Source: a virus. Taken from it: DNA of 32,000 bases. Below are positions 7,597-17,090 of this stretch, one piece after another. The stretch is from positions 8,293 through 40,292 of the IMG/VR virus record IMGVR_UViG_3300045988_188311; one strand, given 5' to 3'. Position 1 is the first letter of the stretch. The number at the start of each line of letters is the position of its first letter. The notes below the pieces were generated by a model, which was not told where the DNA came from, made no database searches, and saw only the letters and a program-made list of their open reading frames with translations. Position numbers and translations under genes: made by a program.

Positions 7597-9000
7597 ATAG
7601 AAACATCTAACACACGTAGACCGTGGTTTCAAAATTACCTAAACGACAGAGGGTATTATGTAGATACAAACGCAATTGAGATTATTGAATTGTGCAATAA
7701 GTGGTATACAAATACCGAAACAGAATTTCATACGGCATACACCTTAAATAACGAGGAATACACGCTCGACAAGACAGACTTTGCAAAGCGGTTATGCGAG
7801 GATGACGCAAACTTAATTGAAATCCTAGATATAAACGCAACAGAGGACAGTGTTACAAATGATATTATTTCAGACATTCTAACAAAGAATAGGTTTGATG
7901 TAATGTATAGGAAACAAGTTGAGCAGATGTCTGCAAATGGTACGGTAGGAGCTTATGTGACGGTATCAAATGCCGAGATTTATGAAGATGGTTCATTCAG
8001 TGGAGGAGAAATCAGAATCAATTATTGTGATTCAATGAATATCCTACCGTTAACTGTTATCAATGATGAAATTGTGGAAGTTGCTTTCGTTGGGGTAAAT
8101 TACGAAAAACTGAAAAAAGTATATGTCATGGTCATGTTCTTAAAAGGACAAGACGAAAGATATATTGCAGAAACACATTACTTTAAAGAAACAGGAGAAG
8201 AAATAAAAGACCGTGCTCAGATTGTTCAATTAGATGTGATTAAGCCGTTTGCAATTATGAGAAACGCAAAGGTAAACAACTTACAAATGCAAGGTTACGG
8301 CTTACCGAAGATTTGGAGCGCAATCGCTCCTTTGAAAACAATTGATTTAACAATGACAATGTGGAATCGTGATTTGTTGAAGTCCGATAAAATCGTTCTT
8401 GTGAATGAAGCATTAATGCAGAAAGACGAGAATGGAAAGATTAAGATGAATCCACAAATGAAAAAGATTTTTGTTCAGTTAGGTAGGGATAAGCTACCGG
8501 AAGAAAAAGCTTTATGGCAAGAATACAATCCAACAGTAAGAACGGCAGAAGTTGTTCAATCGTTAGAAACTGCATTAAGTATTCTATCAATGATGTTTGG
8601 ATTCGGTACAAAAAAATATACGTTTGAAAGTGGAAGAATTGTAACGGCTACAGAATATATCGGTGAGAATCAAGACGCAATGAAAGAAGTAAATTCACAA
8701 CGTAAAGAATCTACTGCATATATTCAAGATATTATTCAAGCGATAGCATACTTTTATGAATTAACACAAGGCAGAAAGCTTAATATCAATTCATTAGACA
8801 TTGCTATTGATTATGACGATACATATATTGAGGACAAGCAAAGCACTGCAGAATCGTTAAGAAATGACGCATTAACATTTGATATTCCAAGATTAAAGAT
8901 TATGTATTTCATGAAGCAATACGGCTTTACAGAAGAAGAAGCAACGGAATTGTTGAATGAAGAAATTCAAGATGATGGAGAGGGGGATGAAGAAGAATAG
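7597..9000 (+). CDS. Portal protein (ATA start)
   Basis: Typical size, position after TerL and acidic C-terminus. The frame opens at 7594. The SD AAGGAGG (7584-7590) lies 6 nt before ATA 7597. The track's TTG 7690 has no SD. Confidence 0.8.
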   Translation: METSNTRRPWFQNYLNDRGYYVDTNAIEIIELCNKWYTNTETEFHTAYTLNNEEYTLDKTDFAKRLCEDDANLIEILDINATEDSVTNDIISDILTKNRFDVMYRKQVEQMSANGTVGAYVTVSNAEIYEDGSFSGGEIRINYCDSMNILPLTVINDEIVEVAFVGVNYEKLKKVYVMVMFLKGQDERYIAETHYFKETGEEIKDRAQIVQLDVIKPFAIMRNAKVNNLQMQGYGLPKIWSAIAPLKTIDLTMTMWNRDLLKSDKIVLVNEALMQKDENGKIKMNPQMKKIFVQLGRDKLPEEKALWQEYNPTVRTAEVVQSLETALSILSMMFGFGTKKYTFESGRIVTATEYIGENQDAMKEVNSQRKESTAYIQDIIQAIAYFYELTQGRKLNINSLDIAIDYDDTYIEDKQSTAESLRNDALTFDIPRLKIMYFMKQYGFTEEEATELLNEEIQDDGEGDEEE

Positions 9001-9803
9001 CAACTACATATTTTCCGTTCGTATCAAGGAGCGGTGATAGATTAGTATTATATGACGCATTCAGAAGATTGTTTTCAAGCTATTTCACGAATGGTGTATT
9101 CATAGATGATTCTAGTTCAGACCATTTACGAGTTGTTAAAGCTCAAGGATTGACATTAACAGTTAAAGCAGGACGAGCGAATATTAACGGAGCATTCTAT
9201 TGGCAGAAAGATGACGAAACCATAACGCTAGAGCAGAATAGCGCTACTAAAAGCTACAATATTATTCTTAGATTGAATGACAATGACGCATACAGAAATA
9301 TTACATTAGTAGCAAGTGATATCAATGATGGAATTACAAGAAGTGATTCTATCTACGATTTAGTGTTGGCTACGGTTACAGTAACAGGTAATGCAGGCGA
9401 AATTAAAGGTTCAGATATTACTGATACAAGATTAGATTCAACACGTTGTGGCGCAGTTACGAGCGCTATTAAGAGCGTGCAATCGTTGGATTTATTCACT
9501 CAAGTAACGGAGCTATTCAAAGAAATCAAGGCTCAGAATGAATCTGAAATGAATGAAAATAGAACAGAGTTCAACGATTGGTTTGAAACTGTAAAAGATA
9601 CATTAGATAAGAATACGGCAGGTAAGTTATCGAACAGAATTTCAAACATTGAAAATATGATTATGGAGAACCATTTCACTACGATTCTATTAACAGAAGA
9701 TGGAACACTAGTGGATGAGAATGGGCATGAGATTTTAGCAGATTGGGCTTATGAAGTTGAATCCGGTGAAGTAGGTACAGATTGGACTTACAAAGTGAAA
9801 TAG
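8997..9803 (+). CDS. Fibre/baseplate-associated structural protein (ATA start overlapping the portal stop)
   Basis: With the ATA start the N-terminus reads ATTYFPFVSRSGDRLVLYDAFRRLFSSYFTNGV. This motif is one I recall from N-termini of Firmicute phage fibre-type proteins, and it is lost if the track's TTG 9069 is used. Confidence 0.6.
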   Translation: MATTYFPFVSRSGDRLVLYDAFRRLFSSYFTNGVFIDDSSSDHLRVVKAQGLTLTVKAGRANINGAFYWQKDDETITLEQNSATKSYNIILRLNDNDAYRNITLVASDINDGITRSDSIYDLVLATVTVTGNAGEIKGSDITDTRLDSTRCGAVTSAIKSVQSLDLFTQVTELFKEIKAQNESEMNENRTEFNDWFETVKDTLDKNTAGKLSNRISNIENMIMENHFTTILLTEDGTLVDENGHEILADWAYEVESGEVGTDWTYKVK

Positions 9804-9814
9804 AGGTGATACAT

Positions 9815-11674
9815 ATGAACGTTATTGAGGTTGATGTAGGAAAGACAAAGCTATTCAGTATTGGACAACAATACAATAGCAATGCATTAGTTATTCATTT
9901 TGTGAATTTACCGAATCGAAAAAATAAATACATTTATTATAAAATTGATGACATTGAAGAAGAAATTCCATTAGTAAGTGACTTATTCGTTGTATCAAGG
10001 CCGTTAATGCTTCATAGCGGAGAAGTCAAAGCTCAAATCATCACACGTGATGAAAGCAATTCAATCGTTGAATTGACAAATAATTTTACGATGCGAATTA
10101 AACCTAGCAATTATAGCGGAATTGGTGAGGATGAGAGATACCCTGATGACCCAAATGTTAAAAACTATTTTGTTAAGATTGATGAAAAATTAAATTCGTT
10201 TGAGGAATTGGCAAATCTAGTTCAAACTAAGTTGGATAATGGAGAATTTGTAGGTGCTAAAGGTGAAAAAGGCGACCCCGGTGAAAAAGGTGACCCTGGT
10301 GATGTAACTGAGGAGTATAGAAATCTAGCTAATCAAATTGCGCAAAATGCAACAAGCGCTCAAACAAGTGCTACAAATGCACAGACTAGTGCATCAAACG
10401 CTCGGAAAGCCTTGAATGACACGAAAGAATTTGCGAATCAAACAAAAACAGAATTGAATCAAATCAAAACTGATACAAGTGCATTGAAAGAAGAAGCCAA
10501 CACAAGTGCAACAAACGCTAAAGCGTCTGAAACTAAAGCGAAAGAATATGCCGACAATTTGCAGGCATCCATTGATGATATTAGTCAACTAAAGGAAGAT
10601 TTAGTCGCAAATACAAAAGAAGATGCGAAAACAAAGCGTAGTCTATCGGTATTATGGGACTTGAATAATGGTATCTCTTATCGTTTCGAAACTGACTCAG
10701 AAAAAGCTTATCAAAAGAAAGTTCTGAGTGGTGCTAAGTTGGCTTCTATTAATAAAGTCGGTGGACAAATCATCAAACAAGATGATGCATTGATTGTTGC
10801 CGGAGTAAACGATGTTGATGTCGTTGGAAAGAATATATTTGAATGTGAACATTTCTCATGCAGTGGCTTTAATGAAGGTAATAGTATTGATTTAAGCAAT
10901 GACTATGGAACATCAATAGATTCAACTGCGCCATCAAACAGAGTAACGGTTACACAGTCAAAGATTGGACAAGAAGATAATAATACAAGCTATGTGAATG
11001 GATATTTTTGTGTTGCATTTAAACCATTTAGTTTGAATAAGGAATATGTATTTTCGTTCGATGTAATTCCATCAAATAAACTGATTTCCAATCCTAAAGT
11101 CATCATTCTAATGAATGGGAACGAATCAACCAATGTTGAATATGCTCAAGATTTACAAATAGGCAAAAGATGTAAATTATATTTCAATTTAAAAGTAAAT
11201 AATAAAGAATTGAGGTACATTGAAATCAGAAATAGTGGCATAAGCGGAATATTTGAGAATTTCCAAATCGAAGAAGGCTCAATTAATACAAGTTATTCGC
11301 CATACACTAAAAAAAGTTACCCAATTCCACAATCAATCCAAAATCTAGATGGATATGGATGGAGTGCAGGAACGGCTTATAACTATGTAGATTTTGAGAA
11401 TAAGAAATATTACAAGTGCGTTGATAAAAGAGCGTATCAAAGCAATGATGATACTGATTCTAATGTGATTACTGATGGAACGAATACATATTACGAACTA
11501 GCCGAACCAATCGTGACGGATATTTCAAATGTTATCGGCGATACATTCCAAGAACCATTTGAAGTTGAAAGTGGTGGGAGTTTCACATTTAAAAATACAA
11601 ATGGAGACGGCTATCAAATCGCAGTACCTAGCGATATTCAATACACGGTAGCATTGAGCGAGGTGAACGCATAA
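9815..11674 (+). CDS. BppU-like tail fibre with collagen-like triplets, Ala/Ser/Thr coiled stalk and C-terminal receptor-binding-type domain
   Basis: The ATG at 9815 sits 6 nt after GAGGTG. Features: GAKGEKGDPGEKGDPG, an NATSAQTSATNAQTSASNA stalk, and a beta-rich C-terminus. Confidence 0.75.
   Translation: MNVIEVDVGKTKLFSIGQQYNSNALVIHFVNLPNRKNKYIYYKIDDIEEEIPLVSDLFVVSRPLMLHSGEVKAQIITRDESNSIVELTNNFTMRIKPSNYSGIGEDERYPDDPNVKNYFVKIDEKLNSFEELANLVQTKLDNGEFVGAKGEKGDPGEKGDPGDVTEEYRNLANQIAQNATSAQTSATNAQTSASNARKALNDTKEFANQTKTELNQIKTDTSALKEEANTSATNAKASETKAKEYADNLQASIDDISQLKEDLVANTKEDAKTKRSLSVLWDLNNGISYRFETDSEKAYQKKVLSGAKLASINKVGGQIIKQDDALIVAGVNDVDVVGKNIFECEHFSCSGFNEGNSIDLSNDYGTSIDSTAPSNRVTVTQSKIGQEDNNTSYVNGYFCVAFKPFSLNKEYVFSFDVIPSNKLISNPKVIILMNGNESTNVEYAQDLQIGKRCKLYFNLKVNNKELRYIEIRNSGISGIFENFQIEEGSINTSYSPYTKKSYPIPQSIQNLDGYGWSAGTAYNYVDFENKKYYKCVDKRAYQSNDDTDSNVITDGTNTYYELAEPIVTDISNVIGDTFQEPFEVESGGSFTFKNTNGDGYQIAVPSDIQYTVALSEVNA
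10253..10300 (+). repeat. Collagen-like G-X-Y repeat (5 triplets plus a terminal Gly, with an 18-nt direct repeat)
   Basis: ggtgaaaaaggcgaccccggtgaaaaaggtgaccctggt, read directly from the sequence. Confidence 0.85.
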
Positions 11675-11820
11675 TGACAGAAACACAAATTAAAATGATG
11701 GAAAAGCTAGGCTTATCAAAAGAGGACTTTGAACCCATCAACAAAGAAGAATTACTTGAAGAAGCGTATTTAAAAGCCGAATACAATTCGATTTTAATTG
11801 AGCAATTAATGGAGGGATAA
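11674..11820 (+). CDS. Small hypothetical protein (48 aa), not in the track
   Basis: TAATG overlap with the fibre gene's stop. Product: MTETQIKMMEKLGLSKEDFEPINKEELLEEAYLKAEYNSILIEQLMEG. Confidence 0.4.
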   Translation: MTETQIKMMEKLGLSKEDFEPINKEELLEEAYLKAEYNSILIEQLMEG

Positions 11821-11821
11821 C

Positions 11822-11959
11822 ATGATTTACAGATTAATGAAAAAAAAGATTCAACGAGAAGGTTTGACTGAGGAGAATAAAAACCTATTAGATGTGTATT
11901 TATTAGGTAAAAGAATTACGCAATCTCAATATGAAGAATTAATGCGATTAGTAAATTAA
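11822..11959 (+). CDS. XkdX-like small protein (45 aa), not in the track
   Basis: GGAGGG SD 5 nt upstream. The ending ITQSQYEELMRLVN resembles small XkdX-type proteins that follow fibre genes. Confidence 0.45.
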   Translation: MIYRLMKKKIQREGLTEENKNLLDVYLLGKRITQSQYEELMRLVN

Positions 11960-12009
11960 ATAAGAATATAGTTGATTAATTGAATATATAAAAAAAGGAG
12001 GAATAGAGA

Positions 12010-12921
12010 ATGGCAGGAAAACAAGTTACAGAGCTAGACGCATTGCCTAGCTTTACCGATACAAGTTTATTGCCTGTGCATAATGGCGCAGGATTGAAAA
12101 AAGGCTTATTATCGCAACTAGCAAGCTATCTAGGAACTAAATTCAGTAATCCGAATTTATTGATTAATCCGGATTTCAAAATCAATCAAAGAGGAAAAAG
12201 TACTTACAGTTCTACCGGAGCAGGATGTACAGTTGACAGATGGGTTGGAACAAACGTAAAAACAGTCGTTAACACAGAAGATGTAGTAACCGTATCTTCT
12301 TTAAGTGGGACAGGATATTATACGCAACATGAAGAAGGCGTTTCATATGGAAAGCATACGTATTCAATCTATGTTCAAGCAATCGTAGGGACTGTAAAAG
12401 TTTATTATAAAAATGCAGCTTCAGAAGATATCGAATTAGGAACATTGAAGCAAGGATTAAATACATTTACATCATCTGATGATGGATTTAGTAGCTTATT
12501 TCTAGCTATTGAAGGTGGCTCATCTGTGACTTTGAAATATGCAAAAGTAGAGCAAGGAACAGTAGCAACAGCATTTATTGCTCCTAATCGTGCGAATGAA
12601 TTGGATAAATGTTACAGGTTCTTTCAGATTGTGAGCATTGACATGTTAAAGATATCATTTGATGGGAATCAAGGCTTTATTCCATTTACGCCGAAAGCTA
12701 AGATTAGAACTACGCCAACATTAGGTTATTGGACAAACAAACTTTATATGCGTAAATCCTATACAGATATGACACTCGAAGAATTGGCATTTAATAGAGT
12801 GTGGGCTTCTAGTGACAACGTAATCGGTGTAGCTTTTAATGTTTCTTATAATAGAATATCTATGTTAACGTCAATCAATAGTCATTTAGACAGATTCGAA
12901 TTGGACGCAGAAATTTATTAG
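12010..12921 (+). CDS. Second tail fibre / receptor-binding protein
   Basis: MAGKQVTELDALPSFTDTSLLPVHNG..KKGLLSQLASYL is a typical fibre N-terminal anchor. Beta-rich C-terminus. Consensus SD. Confidence 0.65.
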   Translation: MAGKQVTELDALPSFTDTSLLPVHNGAGLKKGLLSQLASYLGTKFSNPNLLINPDFKINQRGKSTYSSTGAGCTVDRWVGTNVKTVVNTEDVVTVSSLSGTGYYTQHEEGVSYGKHTYSIYVQAIVGTVKVYYKNAASEDIELGTLKQGLNTFTSSDDGFSSLFLAIEGGSSVTLKYAKVEQGTVATAFIAPNRANELDKCYRFFQIVSIDMLKISFDGNQGFIPFTPKAKIRTTPTLGYWTNKLYMRKSYTDMTLEELAFNRVWASSDNVIGVAFNVSYNRISMLTSINSHLDRFELDAEIY

Positions 12922-12930
12922 GAGGAAGCT

Positions 12931-13278
12931 ATGAACAACGAATATAAAGTATACGTATCCTTACAAGATGGATACATCACATCTATTAATTCAGAAATCT
13001 TTTTATCACAAGAAGAAATTCAAACAATGACAGAGATTGATAAAGGTCAAGGCGATAAATACGCACATGCACAAAGTCAATACCTAGACAAAGAATTAGT
13101 AGACGAATATGGAAGATATAACTACAAATTTGTAGAAGGTAAAGTGATTGAGGTTGCAGAAGAAGATAAACCTAAAGTTGAAGAGCCAAAAGCAGTGCCT
13201 ACTGAGCAAGATAAGATTAATGCACAATTAATGTTACAGATTGCTCAATTAAAAGCTCAGATGAATGGGGTGAAGTAG
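12931..13278 (+). CDS. Hypothetical fibre-module protein
   Basis: AGGAGGAAG SD. C-terminal coiled segment. No motif recognised. Confidence 0.55.
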   Translation: MNNEYKVYVSLQDGYITSINSEIFLSQEEIQTMTEIDKGQGDKYAHAQSQYLDKELVDEYGRYNYKFVEGKVIEVAEEDKPKVEEPKAVPTEQDKINAQLMLQIAQLKAQMNGVK

Positions 13279-13279
13279 T

Positions 13280-13399
13280 ATGAGTTATGAATTAATCAAA
13301 TCGTATTATGAATTAGGCTTATTTACAAAGAGCGATTTAGAAATGTTTGCTTCTATTGGATGGATTACAGAAAAGCAGAGAAAAGAATTAATTAAATAG
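13280..13399 (+). CDS. XkdX-like small protein (39 aa), not in the track
   Basis: MSYELIKSYYELGLFTKSDLEMFASIGWITEKQRKELIK matches the XkdX-type pattern (Y..G.....l...v..g.IT.e...el). Confidence 0.55.
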   Translation: MSYELIKSYYELGLFTKSDLEMFASIGWITEKQRKELIK

Positions 13400-13415
13400 G
13401 CATTAAAAGCGTTTT

Positions 13416-13438
13416 AAAGGGCATTTAAGCCCTTTTTC
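13416..13438 (+). terminator. Terminator ending the fibre module
   Basis: AAAGGGC-atttaa-GCCCTTT followed by TTCT. Confidence 0.6.
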
Positions 13439-13455
13439 TATAGGAGGGTATATAA

Positions 13456-14637
13456 ATGTTAAGTGAAGAAGAACAAAGGGAACAAGAGCGAAAAAAAAGG
13501 CAAGAAGAAAGGAAGCAAGAACGCCTACAAAAGCAGATTGAGAAAAGAAGAAAACTTGAAGAAAGAGAAAGAAAAAGCGTAAAGCGTGCTAGTGTATTTG
13601 AATTAGAGATGATGATATTCGTATCTAATAAAATTCGTGAAGTTTTAGAGAAAAGCACCGAAGAAAATGCGAAATTTAATGATATATTAGCAAAATCACT
13701 TGTTGATTTGCGTAAATTTGTAAAAAAAGAATCGAAAACCTTTAAAAAAGATGTAATTAAGGAATCAAAAAAGGATTTAGAAGAAAATAAGCAAGGAACA
13801 CTTGATTTAATCAAAGAAGCAAGCGGAAAACCTATCAAAAAGAAGCTCAAGATGGATTTATATATCAGTCCACAAGACGATACATCAAAGCGTTGGAAGA
13901 AATACATTAAGACAAGTGCGAATACGTATGCAATCGGTAAAGATAAACTACCGGTATTCTTTACAAAGGTAATTCAAGAAGAAGTTAAAAATGTAGTAGG
14001 TGGTAAATGTACAATTGATGATTCTTGTAGAAAAGCTATCTCAAAATTAGCAAATAGTGGCGTAAAGATTGTGGAATATGATACAGGCGTAAAAAGAAAT
14101 GTAGATGTATGGGTAAGGCAACAAATGCAGTACGCAGAAAAAGAATCATCACAAGAAATTAACAATAAATGCGCTAAAGATATGGGAGTTACTGTATTTG
14201 AGTTTGACGCACACGCCAACGCAAGACCAAGTCATAAGAAATGGCAAGGAAAGCGATACGACACGCAAGGGGAACTATATCCTAGCTTGTTTCAGTTAAC
14301 ACATGGAGAAGAAAAAGACTATGGATGTAGACACTTTGCTCAACCTGTATGGGATATTGATATGCCGTATGCCTACACAAAAGAGCAGTTAAAGAATATT
14401 GATACAAAGCCTTTCACATTCCAAGGAAAAGAATATGAAGGATATGAAGCTAGGCAGTATCAAAGAGAATTAGAAAGAAATATCAGAGCATTGAAAAGGG
14501 AAGTAATCTTATTGGACAATCAAGGACTAGGCAGTACAGAAGCCAAAATCAAACTAAAACACGCAAATGCAACGTATAAAGCTTTCAGTTCTGAAATGGG
14601 AGACAGAGTTCACAACGATAGGCTTAGAATCGGCTAA
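13456..14637 (+). CDS. Minor capsid / head morphogenesis protein (SPP1 gp7 / minor-capsid-2 class) with K/E-rich N-terminal extension
   Basis: FEFDAHANARPSHKKWQGKRYD resembles the conserved ARPSH..WQGK motif of this class. The first ~45 aa are EEEQREQERKKRQEERKQ low-complexity sequence. Confidence 0.7.
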   Translation: MLSEEEQREQERKKRQEERKQERLQKQIEKRRKLEERERKSVKRASVFELEMMIFVSNKIREVLEKSTEENAKFNDILAKSLVDLRKFVKKESKTFKKDVIKESKKDLEENKQGTLDLIKEASGKPIKKKLKMDLYISPQDDTSKRWKKYIKTSANTYAIGKDKLPVFFTKVIQEEVKNVVGGKCTIDDSCRKAISKLANSGVKIVEYDTGVKRNVDVWVRQQMQYAEKESSQEINNKCAKDMGVTVFEFDAHANARPSHKKWQGKRYDTQGELYPSLFQLTHGEEKDYGCRHFAQPVWDIDMPYAYTKEQLKNIDTKPFTFQGKEYEGYEARQYQRELERNIRALKREVILLDNQGLGSTEAKIKLKHANATYKAFSSEMGDRVHNDRLRIG

Positions 14638-14640
14638 AAC

Positions 14641-14655
14641 GCTCACATTGTGAGC
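14641..14655. repeat. 15-bp near-palindrome GCTCACATTGTGAGC, exact reverse complement of 2890-2904
   Basis: Read directly from the sequence. It lies 4 nt after the minor capsid gene's stop. Confidence 0.8.
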
Positions 14656-14733
14656 TATTATTCAAGCTAAAATATAGTTAGCCAAAGCCATACCGGAGAA
14701 GATTCGGTTTATAAATAACTTTAGGAGGGCAAA

Positions 14734-15318
14734 ATGAAAAACATTATTGAAATTTTAAAAGAATCAAACATTGAATTAACCAAAGAACAAGAGGAGTCAA
14801 TTACAAAGCTAGTAAATGACAACTATAAGACGATTGCAGAGTTCGATAAGCAAAAAGATAAGCTATCTTTAGCAGAGAACAACGCAAAGGAAGTTCAAAC
14901 AAAGTTTGATAATTTCAAGAAAAGCTATGATGGAGTTGATGTAGAAGAATTGAGAAATAAAATCAATACATTGACGAATGATATTGACACTCAAAAGACA
15001 AACTACGAAGCTCAGATTAGCAAAATGAATCTTGATTCTGTATTAAGTGCAAAAGCTAAAGAATACGGATGTAAAGATTTCGATTTAGCAAAATCACAAT
15101 TCAACTATGATGATTTACTAAATTCAAAAGACCAAACAAATGACATTGACAAAGCTTTTAAAACATTAAAAGAGAATAAGCCAATCTTATTTGAAGAAGA
15201 ACAGAAAGGACCTACTGCAACAGGAAATATCGTTGGAAGCAGTGGTCAAGGGGAGAACCCAAATGCCGAAGATTTATTATTACGACAAGCAATGGGTTTA
15301 ACTACAGAAAAGAAATAA
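14734..15318 (+). CDS. Scaffolding protein (GP20-like)
   Basis: Coiled-coil, acidic protein immediately upstream of the major capsid gene. Consensus SD. Confidence 0.7.
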   Translation: MKNIIEILKESNIELTKEQEESITKLVNDNYKTIAEFDKQKDKLSLAENNAKEVQTKFDNFKKSYDGVDVEELRNKINTLTNDIDTQKTNYEAQISKMNLDSVLSAKAKEYGCKDFDLAKSQFNYDDLLNSKDQTNDIDKAFKTLKENKPILFEEEQKGPTATGNIVGSSGQGENPNAEDLLLRQAMGLTTEKK

Positions 15319-15332
15319 GGAGGATTTAATTA

Positions 15333-16202
15333 ATACCAAATCAAATTGCATTAGCTAAAACGTATGTCTCAAATTTGGATGAGGTATATAAGTTAGCTTC
15401 AGTTACAGGTGATTTAAACGCAAACGCTACAATGGTACGAGCCGGAGCAAATGCCAAAGAAATCATCTATCCACAAATTTCAGTCAAAGGGTTAGGAAAC
15501 TATGATAGAAATAGTGGTTATACAGGCAACTCAGTTAAGTTAGAATGGAAAACTGCTACATTCGACTATGATAGAGGAACTAAAATCTCAGTTGATACAC
15601 AAGATAACGCAGAATCAATGAATATTGCATTCGGTATGGCAGGAGCAGAATTAATGCGTACAAAGGTAGCACCGGAAGCGGACGCTTACACATTCGCTAA
15701 AATTGCAGGCACAACAGGAATCACAAAGGTTTCAGAAGATTATACAGGTGCAGAAGAGTTCTTGAGTGCATTGTTAACGGCTATCACTAAAATGGATGAG
15801 GATGAAGTTCCTAGCGAACAACGTATCTTGTATTCAACACCAACATTATTAAATAGCGTTAAGGCGTTGGACACTTATAAATCTCGTGAAGCTTTACAAG
15901 GATTTGCAAAAGTTGTTCCTGTACCTGCTAGCCGTTTCTATACAAAAATCAAATTGTTGAGTGGAAAAGATACAGAGTTAGAAGGCGGATACGAAAAAGC
16001 GGAGGATGGACACGTAATCAACTTCTTGATTGTTCATAAACCTGCCGTTATGAAATGGGATAAACACACCGTTTCAAATGTAATTCCGGCAAGCAATAAC
16101 ATTGAATCAGATTCAGATGTACTAAAATATCGTAAATATGGAATCGTTGATGTATACCAAAATAAGGTAGCAGGTGTTTACTTATCTGCTAGTGCTAAGT
16201 AA
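15333..16202 (+). CDS. Major capsid protein (ATA start)
   Basis: Position and size fit. The frame opens at 15330. The SD AAGGAGG (15317-15323) lies 9 nt before ATA 15333. The track's TTG 15375 has no SD. Confidence 0.8.
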   Translation: MPNQIALAKTYVSNLDEVYKLASVTGDLNANATMVRAGANAKEIIYPQISVKGLGNYDRNSGYTGNSVKLEWKTATFDYDRGTKISVDTQDNAESMNIAFGMAGAELMRTKVAPEADAYTFAKIAGTTGITKVSEDYTGAEEFLSALLTAITKMDEDEVPSEQRILYSTPTLLNSVKALDTYKSREALQGFAKVVPVPASRFYTKIKLLSGKDTELEGGYEKAEDGHVINFLIVHKPAVMKWDKHTVSNVIPASNNIESDSDVLKYRKYGIVDVYQNKVAGVYLSASAK

Positions 16203-16306
16203 TGGCGAAAGAAATCGGATGGGGTTATCCTTCTAAAGTTGAAAAGCCTAAAAAAGGTAAACCTCAAACAAAAAAAGAGGAAGCTAAACCTCAAAAAGAA
16301 AAATAG
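16202..16306 (+). CDS. Small lysine-rich ORF (34 aa), not in the track
   Basis: TAATG overlap with the capsid stop. Product: MAKEIGWGYPSKVEKPKKGKPQTKKEEAKPQKEK. Confidence 0.3.
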   Translation: MAKEIGWGYPSKVEKPKKGKPQTKKEEAKPQKEK

Positions 16307-16326
16307 CATAAAAAGGGGGTTGTAAA

Positions 16327-16674
16327 ATGAACAACATTTTAGATTGGGAATATTACAATTCCCATTTTCCTAAGTTTGATGAAAATCAATTCAATCAGTA
16401 TTCTTACAAAGCGGAAGCAATGGTATTGAAGTATGTAAACACTGATTCTATTAATGAACAGAACGAAAGTACTTTAAAAGATTGTATTTCTGATGTTTTG
16501 AACAATGTAATTCTTCAAGATTCAATTGATGGTGTATCAAGTATCTCAAATGGTGGATATTCAAAAAGCTTTATAAACGCTTCACACACAGAGAAAAGGA
16601 ACACGCTTGAGGATATCATAGCTTTTTGGTTAGGCGATACAAATTTCATGAAAGAAAGATGGATTGCATTATGA
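16327..16674 (+). CDS. Head-tail connector protein (putative)
   Basis: Synteny after the capsid gene. GGGGG SD. Confidence 0.55.
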   Translation: MNNILDWEYYNSHFPKFDENQFNQYSYKAEAMVLKYVNTDSINEQNESTLKDCISDVLNNVILQDSIDGVSSISNGGYSKSFINASHTEKRNTLEDIIAFWLGDTNFMKERWIAL

Positions 16675-17090
16675 TAGGATTCTTTGAAGATTCAATCACA
16701 CTTGTAAATCACTACTATGACACATTGACAAGAGAAGATAGATTTCAAGCTTCTATTCTTGATAAATGTATGTGGAGACAATCAACTGTTAGAACTGCAA
16801 ACGGTAATATTCTGAGCATAGCCACATCCACAAATATTACCATTCTATATCGTGATGGATATGTTGAACCTTACGCATATGCGAAACTTTCAAATGATGA
16901 GAAACAAAAACACTTTACATTAAATACAGATAAAACTGATTTCGTATTCTTTGGAGAAGTCGAAGAAGATTTATCTAACATCAAGGCAATTAACGAAGCA
17001 AAAAAGAAATACAAATGGACAACCGTTCAAAGCGTAACAGATTGTACTAATGTCGATATGTTGAAGCATTGGGAGGTTGTCGGTCAATAG
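16671..17090 (+). CDS. Head closure / connector protein (putative)
   Basis: ATGA overlap start at 16671 is preferred over the track's TTG 16626. Call rests on synteny. Confidence 0.5.
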   Translation: MIGFFEDSITLVNHYYDTLTREDRFQASILDKCMWRQSTVRTANGNILSIATSTNITILYRDGYVEPYAYAKLSNDEKQKHFTLNTDKTDFVFFGEVEEDLSNIKAINEAKKKYKWTTVQSVTDCTNVDMLKHWEVVGQ

